Assembly: GCA_040954595.2 (NCBI GenBank)
Contig: CM082577.2
Location: 8,457,846 to 8,521,845 of the forward strand
From: Balanoglossus misakiensis
Taxonomy: Eukaryota; Animalia; Hemichordata
Direction of reading: 5' to 3'
DNA: 64,000 nt
The translations under genes and the position numbers were made by a program. Each line of letters opens with the position of its first letter. Position 1 is the stretch's first letter. Under the pieces are notes generated by a model. That model was given only the letters and a program-made list of their open reading frames with translations, was not told the DNA's origin and did no database searches. Shown one piece after another: positions 52,801 through 64,000 of this stretch.

Positions 52801-55800
52801 ACAATCATACATATATAAAGGTATTTTCTACTTACGCCCAGCAGCTCAATCTCCTCCAGGAAGCGCTGACTCACAGAGATCAAGGCCTGCTCGGGCCACT
52901 CGTGGAACCAATCGATACAGGTGCAGTTGACGACTGCAGGGAATTTACGACTCCTCACTCGCAACGTGCTTCCCACGGGCGAGAAACAAAGCACAACCTA
53001 ATTAAATCCAAAAGAGACAGAATGTCATTGTCAATGAGACAGATAACAGCAAGCAGCAATGCTTTCAAGAGGTTTAAAGATAAGAGCGATATCATTTCAT
53101 CATAGGCCAAAAAAATAACACTTCCAAAGACACGTTTGTTGAAATATTTACATGTATCACTCTCTGTCACTATGACTTTAACTCGAAAAAAAAAACTCAA
53201 TGCTGTTTAACTTAATTTCTGGAAAACTGTGATTCTTGATGCTACCCACCTTCAGCTGTCTACGCACTCTGTCGATGAAAAATTTCCAACAATTTTCCCT
53301 GGTGTCCTGGATTCCCATTCCCTTGACCTCATTCCTGACTCCGGAGATAATGTTTTCCACTTCGTCGTCTGGGAAGAGGTCCGGAATTTCACCGGAGGCC
53401 AACAAGTCGTTGATCAAGACCAAAAATTTTTCGTCCGACACCTGGGCGTCTGTCATCAGGAAGACAGTTCCAATGTTTTTGACACCGGCCTTCATATACT
53501 GGACGGATAAATCAAGCTGAGGAGGGTAAAAAGCAAAGGAGAAGGTAAATTATTCCATACGAGAAACTTTGGTTTCCAGATTGGTGAACGACATCATAAA
53601 AAGCAATCCTACAGAAGTCAGAAGCACTAGGAGAAACCTATCGCTCACCTTTAAATCGGGAATACTGTAACCTTTTCTGAGCGTCACCTGGAAGACGTCC
53701 AGACTGCTGATGTAAGAGGCCAGACGCGACAAACTCTGTTTGCCGCTGCCACCGACGCCCACCAGCAGCGCGTTGCCGCGCGGCGACTCCAGGATGCGGT
53801 TGATGCGGCAGACGTGCATCATGGCATCCTCGAAGAGCACCAGGTTCATCACGGCGTTCACCTCGTTGTAGCTCTCCAGGGCTTCCACTAAAATTTTACT
53901 CAACTCGTCCCAGCCTTCCGTCGGCAGATACTTGGGCTCGCCGATACCGCTGGCAAAGTGGCAGTGGATGTTCGGTTTCTTCTGCAAGGCCTCGTCATCC
54001 ACGTCCTGTAAAATTTGAATATCATGAACAATTGAATATTCATGTAAGAGGCTCCATATATGGAACGGACTCCGTTCTGTGACATGGCGCTAAAACTAAA
54101 AGCTGTAAACTTTCACTTCATGCTTTGTACAGGGAAATTTTTCCATAGTCCTATTTGCAAATTTGGGGATAAAACACATAATTACATAATCAACATAATG
54201 TCAAACATAGGACAGTATGAAACTTGAAAGTCAAATGATCATTAAAGTTATCATCTCAGGGGGAAAGTCGCTTTTTTTTCTCAAAATAAAAGACACAAAA
54301 AAATGTTGTGATGAACCCAATTTAGAGTACATGTATGTGTCAGTCCCAATGACATATACCGCAGATGGTCATTGTACAAACACTTGTAAAGTTTGCATCC
54401 TCACCTCAAAAAACTTTTTGGCATAATCTAGCTTCATTTTTGAAAAAGTCTCGATATCTTTGTCTTCAATCAACTTGTCACCGTAGACCCTCTCGCTCTC
54501 ATGCAGCCAAAGACGAACGAATTCGACCGGCTGTTTGACTGTATCTGGCATTGAGAAAAGGAGTCCCTGAGGAGGAAAAAATGGTGGAGAAAAATTCAAT
54601 AAACAACAGGACAAAAAGCACCAAGTTATTCTAAACAGCAATTTGAGTCAAGCTAACTCTAGACTATTATATAACGAGGCTTTTATGTCAGTAAGAACAG
54701 AATTTCCACGAGTGAGCGACTACTGTAGCTAGACTAGTAGACATCATCAATGTGACTAATCTTGCATGTACTTTTCCATAGAACACTGCAGGAAATTTGC
54801 GTGTGACATTTTATTGAGGGGTAGGCCTCTTGACAGATTAAACTGAACGCAAGAATACCTGGAAGATGTTGGACAGATCCCTCAAGTTGAACACGTAGTG
54901 GAACTTGATGGCGGTGGGCAGGAAAGTGGAGGTCACTTTCTTGTGCAGCTCCAGGGCGGCGTCCACGATGGTGGGCACCATCTTCTGCAGCGACGTGGCG
55001 AAGCTGTTGAGCGACAGGTGCTGCGCCAGGATGTTGGTGTAGATGGTCTTCAGGGCGTCCTGTCCCGGGAAGCTGAGGGCGAACACGGCAAAGTGGCGCT
55101 GCAGACGCGAGTTGATGGTGAAGCTGCCGGCCGTGGGGTTCATGCAGGAGACGTACTGCACGTTGTGGATCTCCTTCAGGGTGAGCTTGGTGCGGTCGTA
55201 CCAATGCTTGTAGTCCATGTGCTGACGGATCAGGGTGTGGGGCTGCACGGTGCCGTATGTGTCCACCTATTAAAAAACCCAGGTAGAAGTGGCAGAACCC
55301 GCCAGGTAAGATCATTTTGAAAGATTCAACAGCGCGGATGAATGAGAAGAATTTGCGGTGACCTCATTCAGCTTATTAAAGGTATACAGTCACCTCCAAT
55401 TTACACACGCCCATATATGGCTGAAATGACGTATTTGGGCGTTCTAAAGAACATATGGTGGCGCTCTTTTCTTCGCGTGTGCCACCCACTGAAAATCAGT
55501 GATTGGCTAGATCTCAATTTGCCATGGTAACTATAGCTAATTTTCAATAGGTGACCGTATACCTTTAACACGTTAGATATTGAGTATTTTGAGCTGGTAA
55601 GTTTATCAACATTGTTACACATAATATAATTGCACATTTAAAAAAATCCTGAATTGCATTTATTTCTTTGCTATCATGGAAGTTTCTGAATTCCACTTTG
55701 CCCCGCTGAATTTTTAAAGTGACAATGAAAACAACTTACCATAGGCATGTTCATATCATCAACAAAGTAGATCAGCTTCTTGGTGCCGGGTGGGCCGTAG

Positions 55801-58800
55801 TTTCGGCCAGCTTTCTTCTCCAGGGGCTTCTCGAGGACACCTTGCAACATGGCAGAGGTGGTGTAGTAGTTGAAAGGCACGTTGGTGACCATGTAGTCTT
55901 CGGAGAGTGCGCCCAGCTTGTCGCCGACCAACACGCTCTTGCCCAGACCGGCGTTGCCGACCAGCATGACGGGTCTTCCCTGGCCCATCAGAAGATCCAT
56001 GAAGAACTTCAGACGGATAGTTTCCGTGGTGTGCACCAGTACAGCCTGTGTGTGTGTGTGTGTGTGTGGAGGAGATTAAATTTATTATTTTATTTATTTA
56101 TTTGACGGGTCAACAGGCCCAATAACAGACTCCATGTTAAATGGTTGTGGAAGGGTGAGCTGTTGCAGCATTTCAGACATGCATGCCATTTGTCTTGCTC
56201 TGAACCAGGCAAGAAATAATATTTAGTCAGCGTCAAATGTGGCAACTTTCTCGAATGAATGAAACTATCTAACAGCAAAGAGTGGCTATCGATTCTCACC
56301 TGCAGAGGCATCTCGGGATCCAGCTCAAACTTGGGCACCTTCTCGCTCCACGGCATAAACTTGTGGGTCTCCGTGTCGATGAAGTAATCGAAGACGGTGC
56401 CGTGGCCGGGGAACTTGATGGTCTTGAACTCGGTGACCCACCACTTGGAGAACTCCACACGATAGTCAACCAGTTGATCCTGGAACATGGCGCCACCAAA
56501 GGCCCACACGCAGGCGAACACGAAGTAGAGTTCGTACAGCTCCTTGGGGCAGTCCGGCGGCGTGTTCTGGGGCGTCAGCAAGACTTCTAGCAAGTTACAC
56601 AACATCTGTACCATGCTTTGCTCTGAAAAGGAAATCCACAAACCCAAAAATGAGCTATAGAACAATATTGTACAATACAGACGTGGATCAGGGAGTCTTT
56701 GAACCAATTATTGGTGTTGATAGGTAACACATTTGACTTCTGGTGTTTTGTTCATCAACATTTCATTTTGCTTAAATTCCTGTTTTTAAAAACGCCCACA
56801 TGCATGGAAGATATTAAAATAAGAATTGTGTTTCAAAGTTTCTGTTGCAAAAGACACTTTCACATGCACGCAAAATAACAAGTCAGAACTGACTTGTGAA
56901 GACTTTGCAAGTGGCAGCCCTCCAAGAAAAAAAGAAGAGTTAAGAGTATACCTGTGATTGGAGTAACCTTCTTGAAGCGGAAACGCAAGGTCTCCAAACA
57001 GGTTGGCAAGTACTTGTCAAAGAGGATGGTGAGATTGGCTCTTTGTGATTGGTCTTCTCGGGTGTCAATCCAGCTGGTGACAACTCTGGAATGTTTTCGG
57101 ACAGGCAGAAGAGAGAATTTAAGTGTTAAACTATGTTCCTATCTTCCGGGCATAAAACGACTGACACACATCACTGCATGGAGACGCCGGGGGAAAATGG
57201 AAAATTCTGAACAATTTTACTTTAAAGGTGTACAGTCACCTCCAATTTACATACGCCCATATATGGCTGAAATGGCGTATTTGAGAGTTCTAAACAACAT
57301 ATGGTGGCGCTCTTTTTTTCGCGTGTGCCACCCACTGAAAATCTGTGATTAGCTAGATCTCAATTTGCCATGGTAACTGTAGCTATATTTCCATAGGAGA
57401 CCGTATACCTTTAATGAGTAATCTCAGGGATTCACTCAAGGAGGGGACAAAAAACTTACGGATTCCAGCCAAGGTCCGATGGGTTGATGAAGAGGATACC
57501 AGCTCGGGACACAGTGGCCGGGGTTGCCGTTTTCAGATGACTGATTTCAAATAACAAACGCATGCTGGGCGTGAGCGGGATACGTTCGTTGCTAGCCAGG
57601 GTCAATACTTTGTTGTCGTCCATCACAGTGTTGAGGGATTCGATCCACATTGGGTCAATGTCACCATCCAAAACGATCCATTTGGGTCCGTCGTGAGTGA
57701 CGTTACTCAAGTCACGCATGGTAGTGGAGAATAGACCTGGTGGAAAATCAATCAAATTAACATCAGTTTTCAGGCATTATTTGGATCATTTTTAGTCATT
57801 TCCCATGTTTGCTACAAACTTTATATAATAACTGAAGCATTATGCTCTTGAAATGTACAAGTTGTCTACAGCAAACTACATTAACAACAGCATCATCCTG
57901 AAATTTTAAGTTGACTCTTTTGCTAACAGTTCTCAACTTTTTTTTGCTCCACAAACATAACATACTTTCCTTCTTACATAACATTGATATTCTGTAAACA
58001 AACAAAAAATAAGGCCAGGAAATTTTGAGAAGGGACTGTGGCCACGGTGAAAGTGTAAAATGAAGAATTTGACCCACCATCTTTCCACTCTCTGGTTGAT
58101 GGATTGATAATACCAAAGAGTTCATCATTGGTCACAGCCTTTGGGTTCAAGTCATGCCATACCGGTCTACGCTTCATGTTCGCATATGTCTTGTTCAGCG
58201 TTCTAAGAACCTGAATGTCAAATAACATCACATCAATTAAATTTCAGTGGAAAAAAATGGGCTTTTGTTCTATCTCAATTGTATACAGTACAGCAAAACT
58301 GTATTGATTGCTTTGAAGGAACTTCTTTCTGGATCATCAGAGTATCATCCATATGTACCGGACATTTGTATTACATATCGCCACAATATATTAGATCACA
58401 GTATAATTACTATCATCACACTGTATTATCCTAGGCTAGCTTATTACTGTCAAAACAGTATAATACTAGTAATACCATTACTACATATAAGTTTAGATTA
58501 CAGCATTGTGTTATCATCAGACTATATTAACCATTATGAATATAACACTTACCTGGCTTTTGCCAGCACCGGCATTTCCCAGCACAAACACAGAGTGACG
58601 CACGTTCAACAACTCTTGCAGTTGCACCACCTTCAAGACAAAGTTGTCTTCCGCTTGCAGTTTCAGATCCAGGGTTGACTGCTTGACTATCTTCTCAAAG
58701 TCCAAGTCTCGCTTACGGGGCACGTCCAGGGCCGGGAACAAGTCGCCGATCAGACCCATGAAGATGGGCATGTCGTCGGTGACAATCTTGGGAATGTTGA

Positions 58801-61800
58801 AATCTCGCAAGGCACGCATCAAGACCTGGTCTTCCGGTCTGTCCGGGTCGCTTCTCTTCAGGGAGCCGGCCACCACCAACACAGATTTGATGGCTCGCAG
58901 ACCCCAATCGTAATGGTCCTGTCATTAAAGAATGATATCAAATTTAGAAATTTCACTTCTTTCAAAAACAAATAATAATATTATAAGCTGTAAAGTTGCT
59001 ATTTTTATCTTATTTTTATTCAAATAGCAAATATATAGGGAATGGTATGATTGTTACTTTCACACAGTACATAGCATGCAGCAGGGACTGACATATTTCA
59101 GAAATATCAGAAAAAGTTACTATTTTTGAAGGGAAAATGGTTAATGTATTACACAAAACGCTACTAATTATTTCATATGAATTTCTCCTTTGTGGTGTCA
59201 CGCTTTAATGATTTCAAATGAGCCTCCGAACTAACTGTGACTTTTTTTACGGAAAAAAAATACTGATTTTGAACTTACTTGTTTGGAGAGAAGTTCCTTA
59301 CACAGCGTGTAGAGTGTGATGAATTTACGGGCCAGCAGACGGGCGTCCAGGAAGCCCTCGGCCACCAACATGATTTCACAGATCAGCTCAAAGTCGGGCA
59401 CCACCATAGCGCACGGTCTGAAGAGGGCCTTGAGATTTTCCGGCAGCTCGGTACGTCCGGCGTACCCAGGGTTCATGGTGATGAAGATACCCACGCTGGG
59501 CACCAGGGAGATTTCTTCTCCTTGGAACAGGAATCTCTTCTTCTTGTCGCGGATGGCGTCTTGTACAGATTTCACCTGTCGGGGGGATTGGATGTTGGGA
59601 GGAAAACCGTGTTATTCTTGGTGACCTATGGTAAGGTTCAAAGGGTCATAAGCAAATATGTATACCTTGACAAAACCCAGGTGACAAGATATCATAAGCC
59701 CTACTTTAAGCATCACATGTGAACTCACTTTGTAATACTGTAAAACACTTTATTTTTCGCGAGCCAAAATAGCGTGAAAATACAAATTCGCATAAATTGT
59801 TTTTGAAGATAACGATGCAGCGAATGAAATAAGAGAACGCGAAAATTAATACTCGCGAAACAGTGGCCTCTCTCGATATCGCGAAAAATTTAACTCGCGA
59901 AAATAAAATGTTTTACAGTAATTTGTTTGGCACAAGAAAGTGGACAATTATAGAGCTAGTTTGCAAGAGACAAGCTACTAATTCTGACCTGCACAGCCAC
60001 CACGGACAGCACTTCAACGGAGATACGGTTGAACTCGTCAAAGCATCCCCAGGCACCAGTCTGGGAGAGACCCTTGTAGATGTTGCCGCAGGACTTGTAG
60101 TCCATCTGTTCGGAGCAGTTGAACACGTACACCATGATACCCAGCGCACGGCCCAAATCTTTGGTGGTCTCGGTCTTTCCGGTACCGGCTGGACCGGCCG
60201 GGGCACCACCCATGATCAAGTGGAGGGACTGAGTCAGTGTGATGTAGCATCTGGATATGGATGGGAAGGACACAAAATTACAGTGAAATGTGATGGAAAT
60301 GATGCCCATACAGTCACCATGAAGTGTAGAGATCTTCCCAATCACAGAATTTCACTGGGTGGCCAAGTGAATTAAAATTCAGAGGTGATTGTAGTCCTTT
60401 AATGGTTTGATCAAAAGTATTACTACTTATATTTGTAAGACAATCCAACAGCAACAATACCAAAACCAAAACGATTTCTCACAACGACAGAAGTTCTCAA
60501 ACATCCCCTATTCATCATGTAAAGTCAGAATTTTAATCTGGAACGGTGAAGAGATCTTAGTGTGCTTTAGGGAAGCTGTTTTAATGATTTCATTTAAAAA
60601 AAAAAACACTACCTGTCAGTGAGTGGAGTGATGACAAGACGTGGTGTGTTACCCAAATACTCGTAGGAGTATTTGAACTGGGCATCGCAGATATTGGCGT
60701 AGCAATCTTTCTGCTCGTCGTCCCAACGATGGCGCAGCTGGCTCTGCCAGGGGAAGGCCAGGGCGCTCTCCACCTTCTTGTTGATCAACATGGTGACCAC
60801 GTCACGGGCGTGCACATCGATGGTACAGATGGTCATGATCTTCTGACGGTCGCCTGACGAAAGCTGACCGACCAACATGGTAATCAAGTTGTTTAGCTGA
60901 GACACCTGGAAGAAATCAGAAAAAAAAAATCGGTGATTTCAGTCAGCAGAATTTCAAACAAGTCAAAAAATGCTTAGCTGAGTCACCTGGAAGAAAATGG
61001 ATTTAAAATTTAAGCAAACCAACTGACTTTGACTTCTCTATTTAGTCTAACTGCAGTTGCACATGGTGACCTTGTCTTGACTGTGCACTTTCATAAAAGA
61101 ACAGACGTGACTCTGACGTGATATCCGATATTTACCTGCTTCTTGAAGTATTCTTTCAGAGCGTTCTCGTATCCTTCCTCCAATCTTCCAAAGGCAATGC
61201 CGACCTCCGTGGTCCACCAGATCTGGGTGCAGGCCAGGGCCACCTGGGCCGGGTAGTCGAAGAGCCACTGGTCGCGGGGCTTCTCCTCGTAGGAGACCAC
61301 GGCCTCGCTGAAGGTGTAGTTGACGGTGGAGCGCATGGTGTCCTGCAGGCGGTTCAGCCAGACCTCCACCTGGCCGGTGCACTCGCAAGGGTTGTCAAAG
61401 TCCACGTACTCCCCTTCCTTGCTGTACATGCCCATGGCCACCTTGGTCTCCGCGTCCTCGTCCCCGTCGCCCTCGCCCTCGAACTTGAGCTTGGCCATGT
61501 TGTCGAAGAGCTTGGACAAGTGGCGCTGCACCAGGGTGGGCTGGTTGCCGTTGGACAGGATGTCCAGCAGATCGGCGGAGGACACGAAGTAGAAGCGCGG
61601 GAAGGCGAGACGCTTGGTCTCCAGGTATTCAGCCAAAGCTTTCTCACATAGTGTCAGACTGCAAGGCAAGGGATAAATGCGGAGATACAATAAACATAGA
61701 AATGCAATGATATTGAGTAATAATTCAATATGTAACTAAAGGCTGTGGGGGTGACTAATAGCAAAAACAAATAGGGTCATGTGACTCACTCAGCTTGCAG

Positions 61801-63932
61801 GTTTTCTAGTCTGTCATAAAGTCCTTCTTTGTTTGTAGCTTCAACAACATTGGGTGTCTTTGATGCGTCTGCCATCAGTTCCTGCAAGAGATAAAAAGAA
61901 AAATTACAAATCATGAAGAAAGGCTGATCTTAAATGAAGATGTGTTGTAACAACACATGCATCAAGGGATAATAACAATCCTTGCAAGACAAATCATAAA
62001 ATCTGCGGGAATAAAAATTAGTCGTACTTTGAAGTCTGTGTCAATGCCGTCGAACCTCTTGGAGTCTTCCGGCAGCTGACTACGGATGTCTTCGGACCCG
62101 ATGAAGATACTCTCCAGATGTGACCAGGTACGTTGCACTTCAAACCAGATGCTGATGACTTGATCAGCCGTGGACAGCTTCTTCTGCCATGTGGACACCT
62201 CTTCCAAGAAGTGCGCAATGTATTTGGATGTCATCAAGTTCTGCAGTTGTACCTGTTGATGTTTGAAAAAGAAAATATGACGTTCAGTTTGACATGTACG
62301 TATGACCTCACAGTACTGTGGCCAGTTTCAAGGACTATAACACCTGCATTTCGTGGGTCCATATTTCATTGCAAAATGAGTTTCTTAGCTTTCCCTGAGG
62401 ATGTCACACCCACAAAAGCAGAAACAGAGCACTAAACTTGTTCAACATACGGTTAGAGATTTTGGTTCAGTCCTATTGTGTGGATGAATCCATTCAAAGG
62501 ACCATGCTTGGGGGTGAAAGCACACTGTGAAACACATTTCGAGAAACACTAACCTGATTATCTTCAAGAGTTTCAATCAGCTCCTCGCTGGACTTGAGAG
62601 TGGGCGTTCCGGTGCGGGTGTGCGACTCGTACTCAAACTCCATGGTCGACCAGGTGGTGTCCAACTCTCTCAGCACCTTCTCCATGCTCATTTCCTTGAC
62701 GGCTTTGTCCACGATGCCGCGCACCTCATCTTCAAAGTTGTGCAGGTTGAGCGCCAGAAGGTCGGCCAAAGTGGTTTCATCGTCCATGATGAATTTCACC
62801 TGGAGTGAGAGAACAAACACGAAAGTCATTGGTACCGTGTCTTAATATCATGCTGATGTCTAATCAACAATTTGCATGCTTTTTTATGGTAATTCTGAAA
62901 CACACGCATAATAGACAGGGCCACACCGTTATGCCACTAGAACCTGACTTCCTTGCTGGCAGTCTGTGTGACTCCTGTGTCAGCATAATATAAAACATTA
63001 CGGCGAAACTTGTGTGATTGGAGTTTCATCCTTACTGCACAACCCAGTCTCACTGGCAGAAACAATTTGAGCTAGTATACATGATTTAAACTTGGAATAG
63101 TTTTGATGTCATGCCAGGACACTAAAGATATAGGTATGACCATGTCGAGACAGATTTCCATGCGTAGACCAGTTTAGAGTTGATATACGGTATCTAAAGA
63201 TCTGAAAATCACACTTCAAAATTCTTGGACACTTGGGAAGGGGGGGGGGGGAATGAGAAATAACATTCATGGGTGTGGGGGATGTGTTGCACAAGTACTT
63301 GACCATGCCACTTACAAACCTTGATTTCGTTGTTCCTCTATCAAAATGACAGTCCAGTGAAAAATACGAGAACAGATGATTGATGAGTATCACGTTACCA
63401 TGACGATAAGTACGTACACCATACGAGGATGAACAAAAAACTGGGATACACCATAGATACACTGAAGCGTGATTGCATTTGATGGAATGATTTTTGCAGT
63501 AGGTGGGGGATGGGAGGAGACATAGCCTACCTGTGTAGCCTGCATAAGTTGCTGCCAATGTCTGTCTCGGATGGCCGGGTTCTGCAGCTCGCTCACGGCC
63601 CTCAGTGAGGTTAGCATGTTCTTGACGGTGGACTCCAGTCCGCCATAGGCGTCCCAGGCCCTCATCTCCTTGTCCAAGGAGCGGATGTCCTTGGCGAACT
63701 TCTTGCAGTCCATCTCCATCTGCTCCACGTTGATCTCCTGCCACAGGGTGGTCTTCCAGTCCTCGATGCTGGAGCGCACCAGAACGATCATGTCCCAGAG
63801 GCTCTTGAGCATGATAACCTCGCGTCGGCACTGCTTCAGCTGCTTGTAGTCGGGGATGTTGACTTCGAACAGGCCGGCGGACTCCTGCAGGGTCTCCATC
63901 TCTTGTTCCATTTCTGAGATTTGGAGATGCAT
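43814..63932 (-). CDS. DNAH9: Axonemal outer-arm dynein beta heavy chain (DNAH9/DNAH11/DNAH17 family), 3' portion; gene continues beyond the window
   Basis: About 30 GT-AG exons cover the distal tail/linker through the C-terminus. AAA1: [28 protein letters not shown]2: [35 protein letters not shown]3: [11 protein letters not shown]4: [10 protein letters not shown]. Stalk/MTBD, AAA5 and AAA6 are present, ending [27 protein letters not shown] at 43814. Co-orthologue of the vertebrate trio; symbol is approximate. Confidence 0.96.
51920..52027. mobile_element. Degenerate pogo/Tc1-type MITE remnant
   Basis: CAGTAGAAACCTGTCTAAA ... AGACAGGGTTTGACTG|TA; termini resemble 16422-16579. Confidence 0.5.
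55380..55564 (+). mobile_element. TTAA/AGG MITE (Kolobok/T2-like), copy 2, 185 bp, in a dynein intron
   Basis: TTAA|AGGTATACAGTCACCT ... AGGTGACCGTATACCT|TTAA with a perfect TTAA TSD. Confidence 0.9.
57226..57410 (+). mobile_element. TTAA/AGG MITE (Kolobok/T2-like), copy 3, 185 bp, in a dynein intron
   Basis: TTAA|AGGTGTACAGTCACCT ... AGGAGACCGTATACCT|TTAA; highly similar to copy 2. Confidence 0.9.
59738..59918. mobile_element. TA-flanked MITE with CTGTAAAACA TIRs and internal CGCGAAAA repeats
   Basis: TA|CTGTAAAACACTTTATTTTTCGCGAG ... CTCGCGAAAATAAAATGTTTTACAG|TA. Confidence 0.8.
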
Positions 63933-64000
63933 CTGGGGAAGGGAGGGAAGTCACGAAAAAACACGGATCAAAGTTTAGCTTGCAAGGTCAAGTTCAACCA

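Noticed and set aside
44078-62845. Many long plus-strand and alternative-frame ORFs overlapping dynein exons
   Set aside because: They are antisense shadows of GC3-rich coding exons; they stop at exon edges and carry no recognisable motifs.

Overview
Intron-rich animal DNA. The gene content and repeat types suggest an invertebrate deuterostome, possibly a hemichordate; this is inference, not identification. Four spliced protein-coding genes can be assembled by eye. (1) Mitochondrial Rho GTPase Miro/RHOT (+, 403-14763) with a candidate cassette exon just before its tail anchor. (2) A complete CARD-coiled-coil-linker-PDZ-SH3-GUK scaffold of the CARMA/CARD10/11/14 type (+, 22296-34671, ~1,120 aa). 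Its CARD is partly BCL10-like, a dense NF-kB/STAT/IRF-ETS motif cluster lies upstream, and an antisense tRNA-Asp(GTC) sits in an intron. (3) An unrecognised two-exon ~110-aa gene (-, 37792-41627) with RFX X-box-like motifs. (4) The 3' part of an axonemal outer-arm beta dynein heavy chain (DNAH9/11/17 family; -, from 43814 past the window end). Introns hold many non-autonomous DNA transposons: Helentron/HINE-like elements (one self-nested, one chimeric, sharing a 239-bp unit), a three-copy TTAA MITE carrying an X-box, a foldback element with head-to-head TTAGGG repeats, and a 20-bp palindrome with a 7-bp TSD. The best candidate for a novel system is an invertebrate MAGUK-containing CARMA locus with an apparent NF-kB feedback enhancer. 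All exon models are manual (GT-AG, phase continuity, remembered protein motifs); no searches were run.
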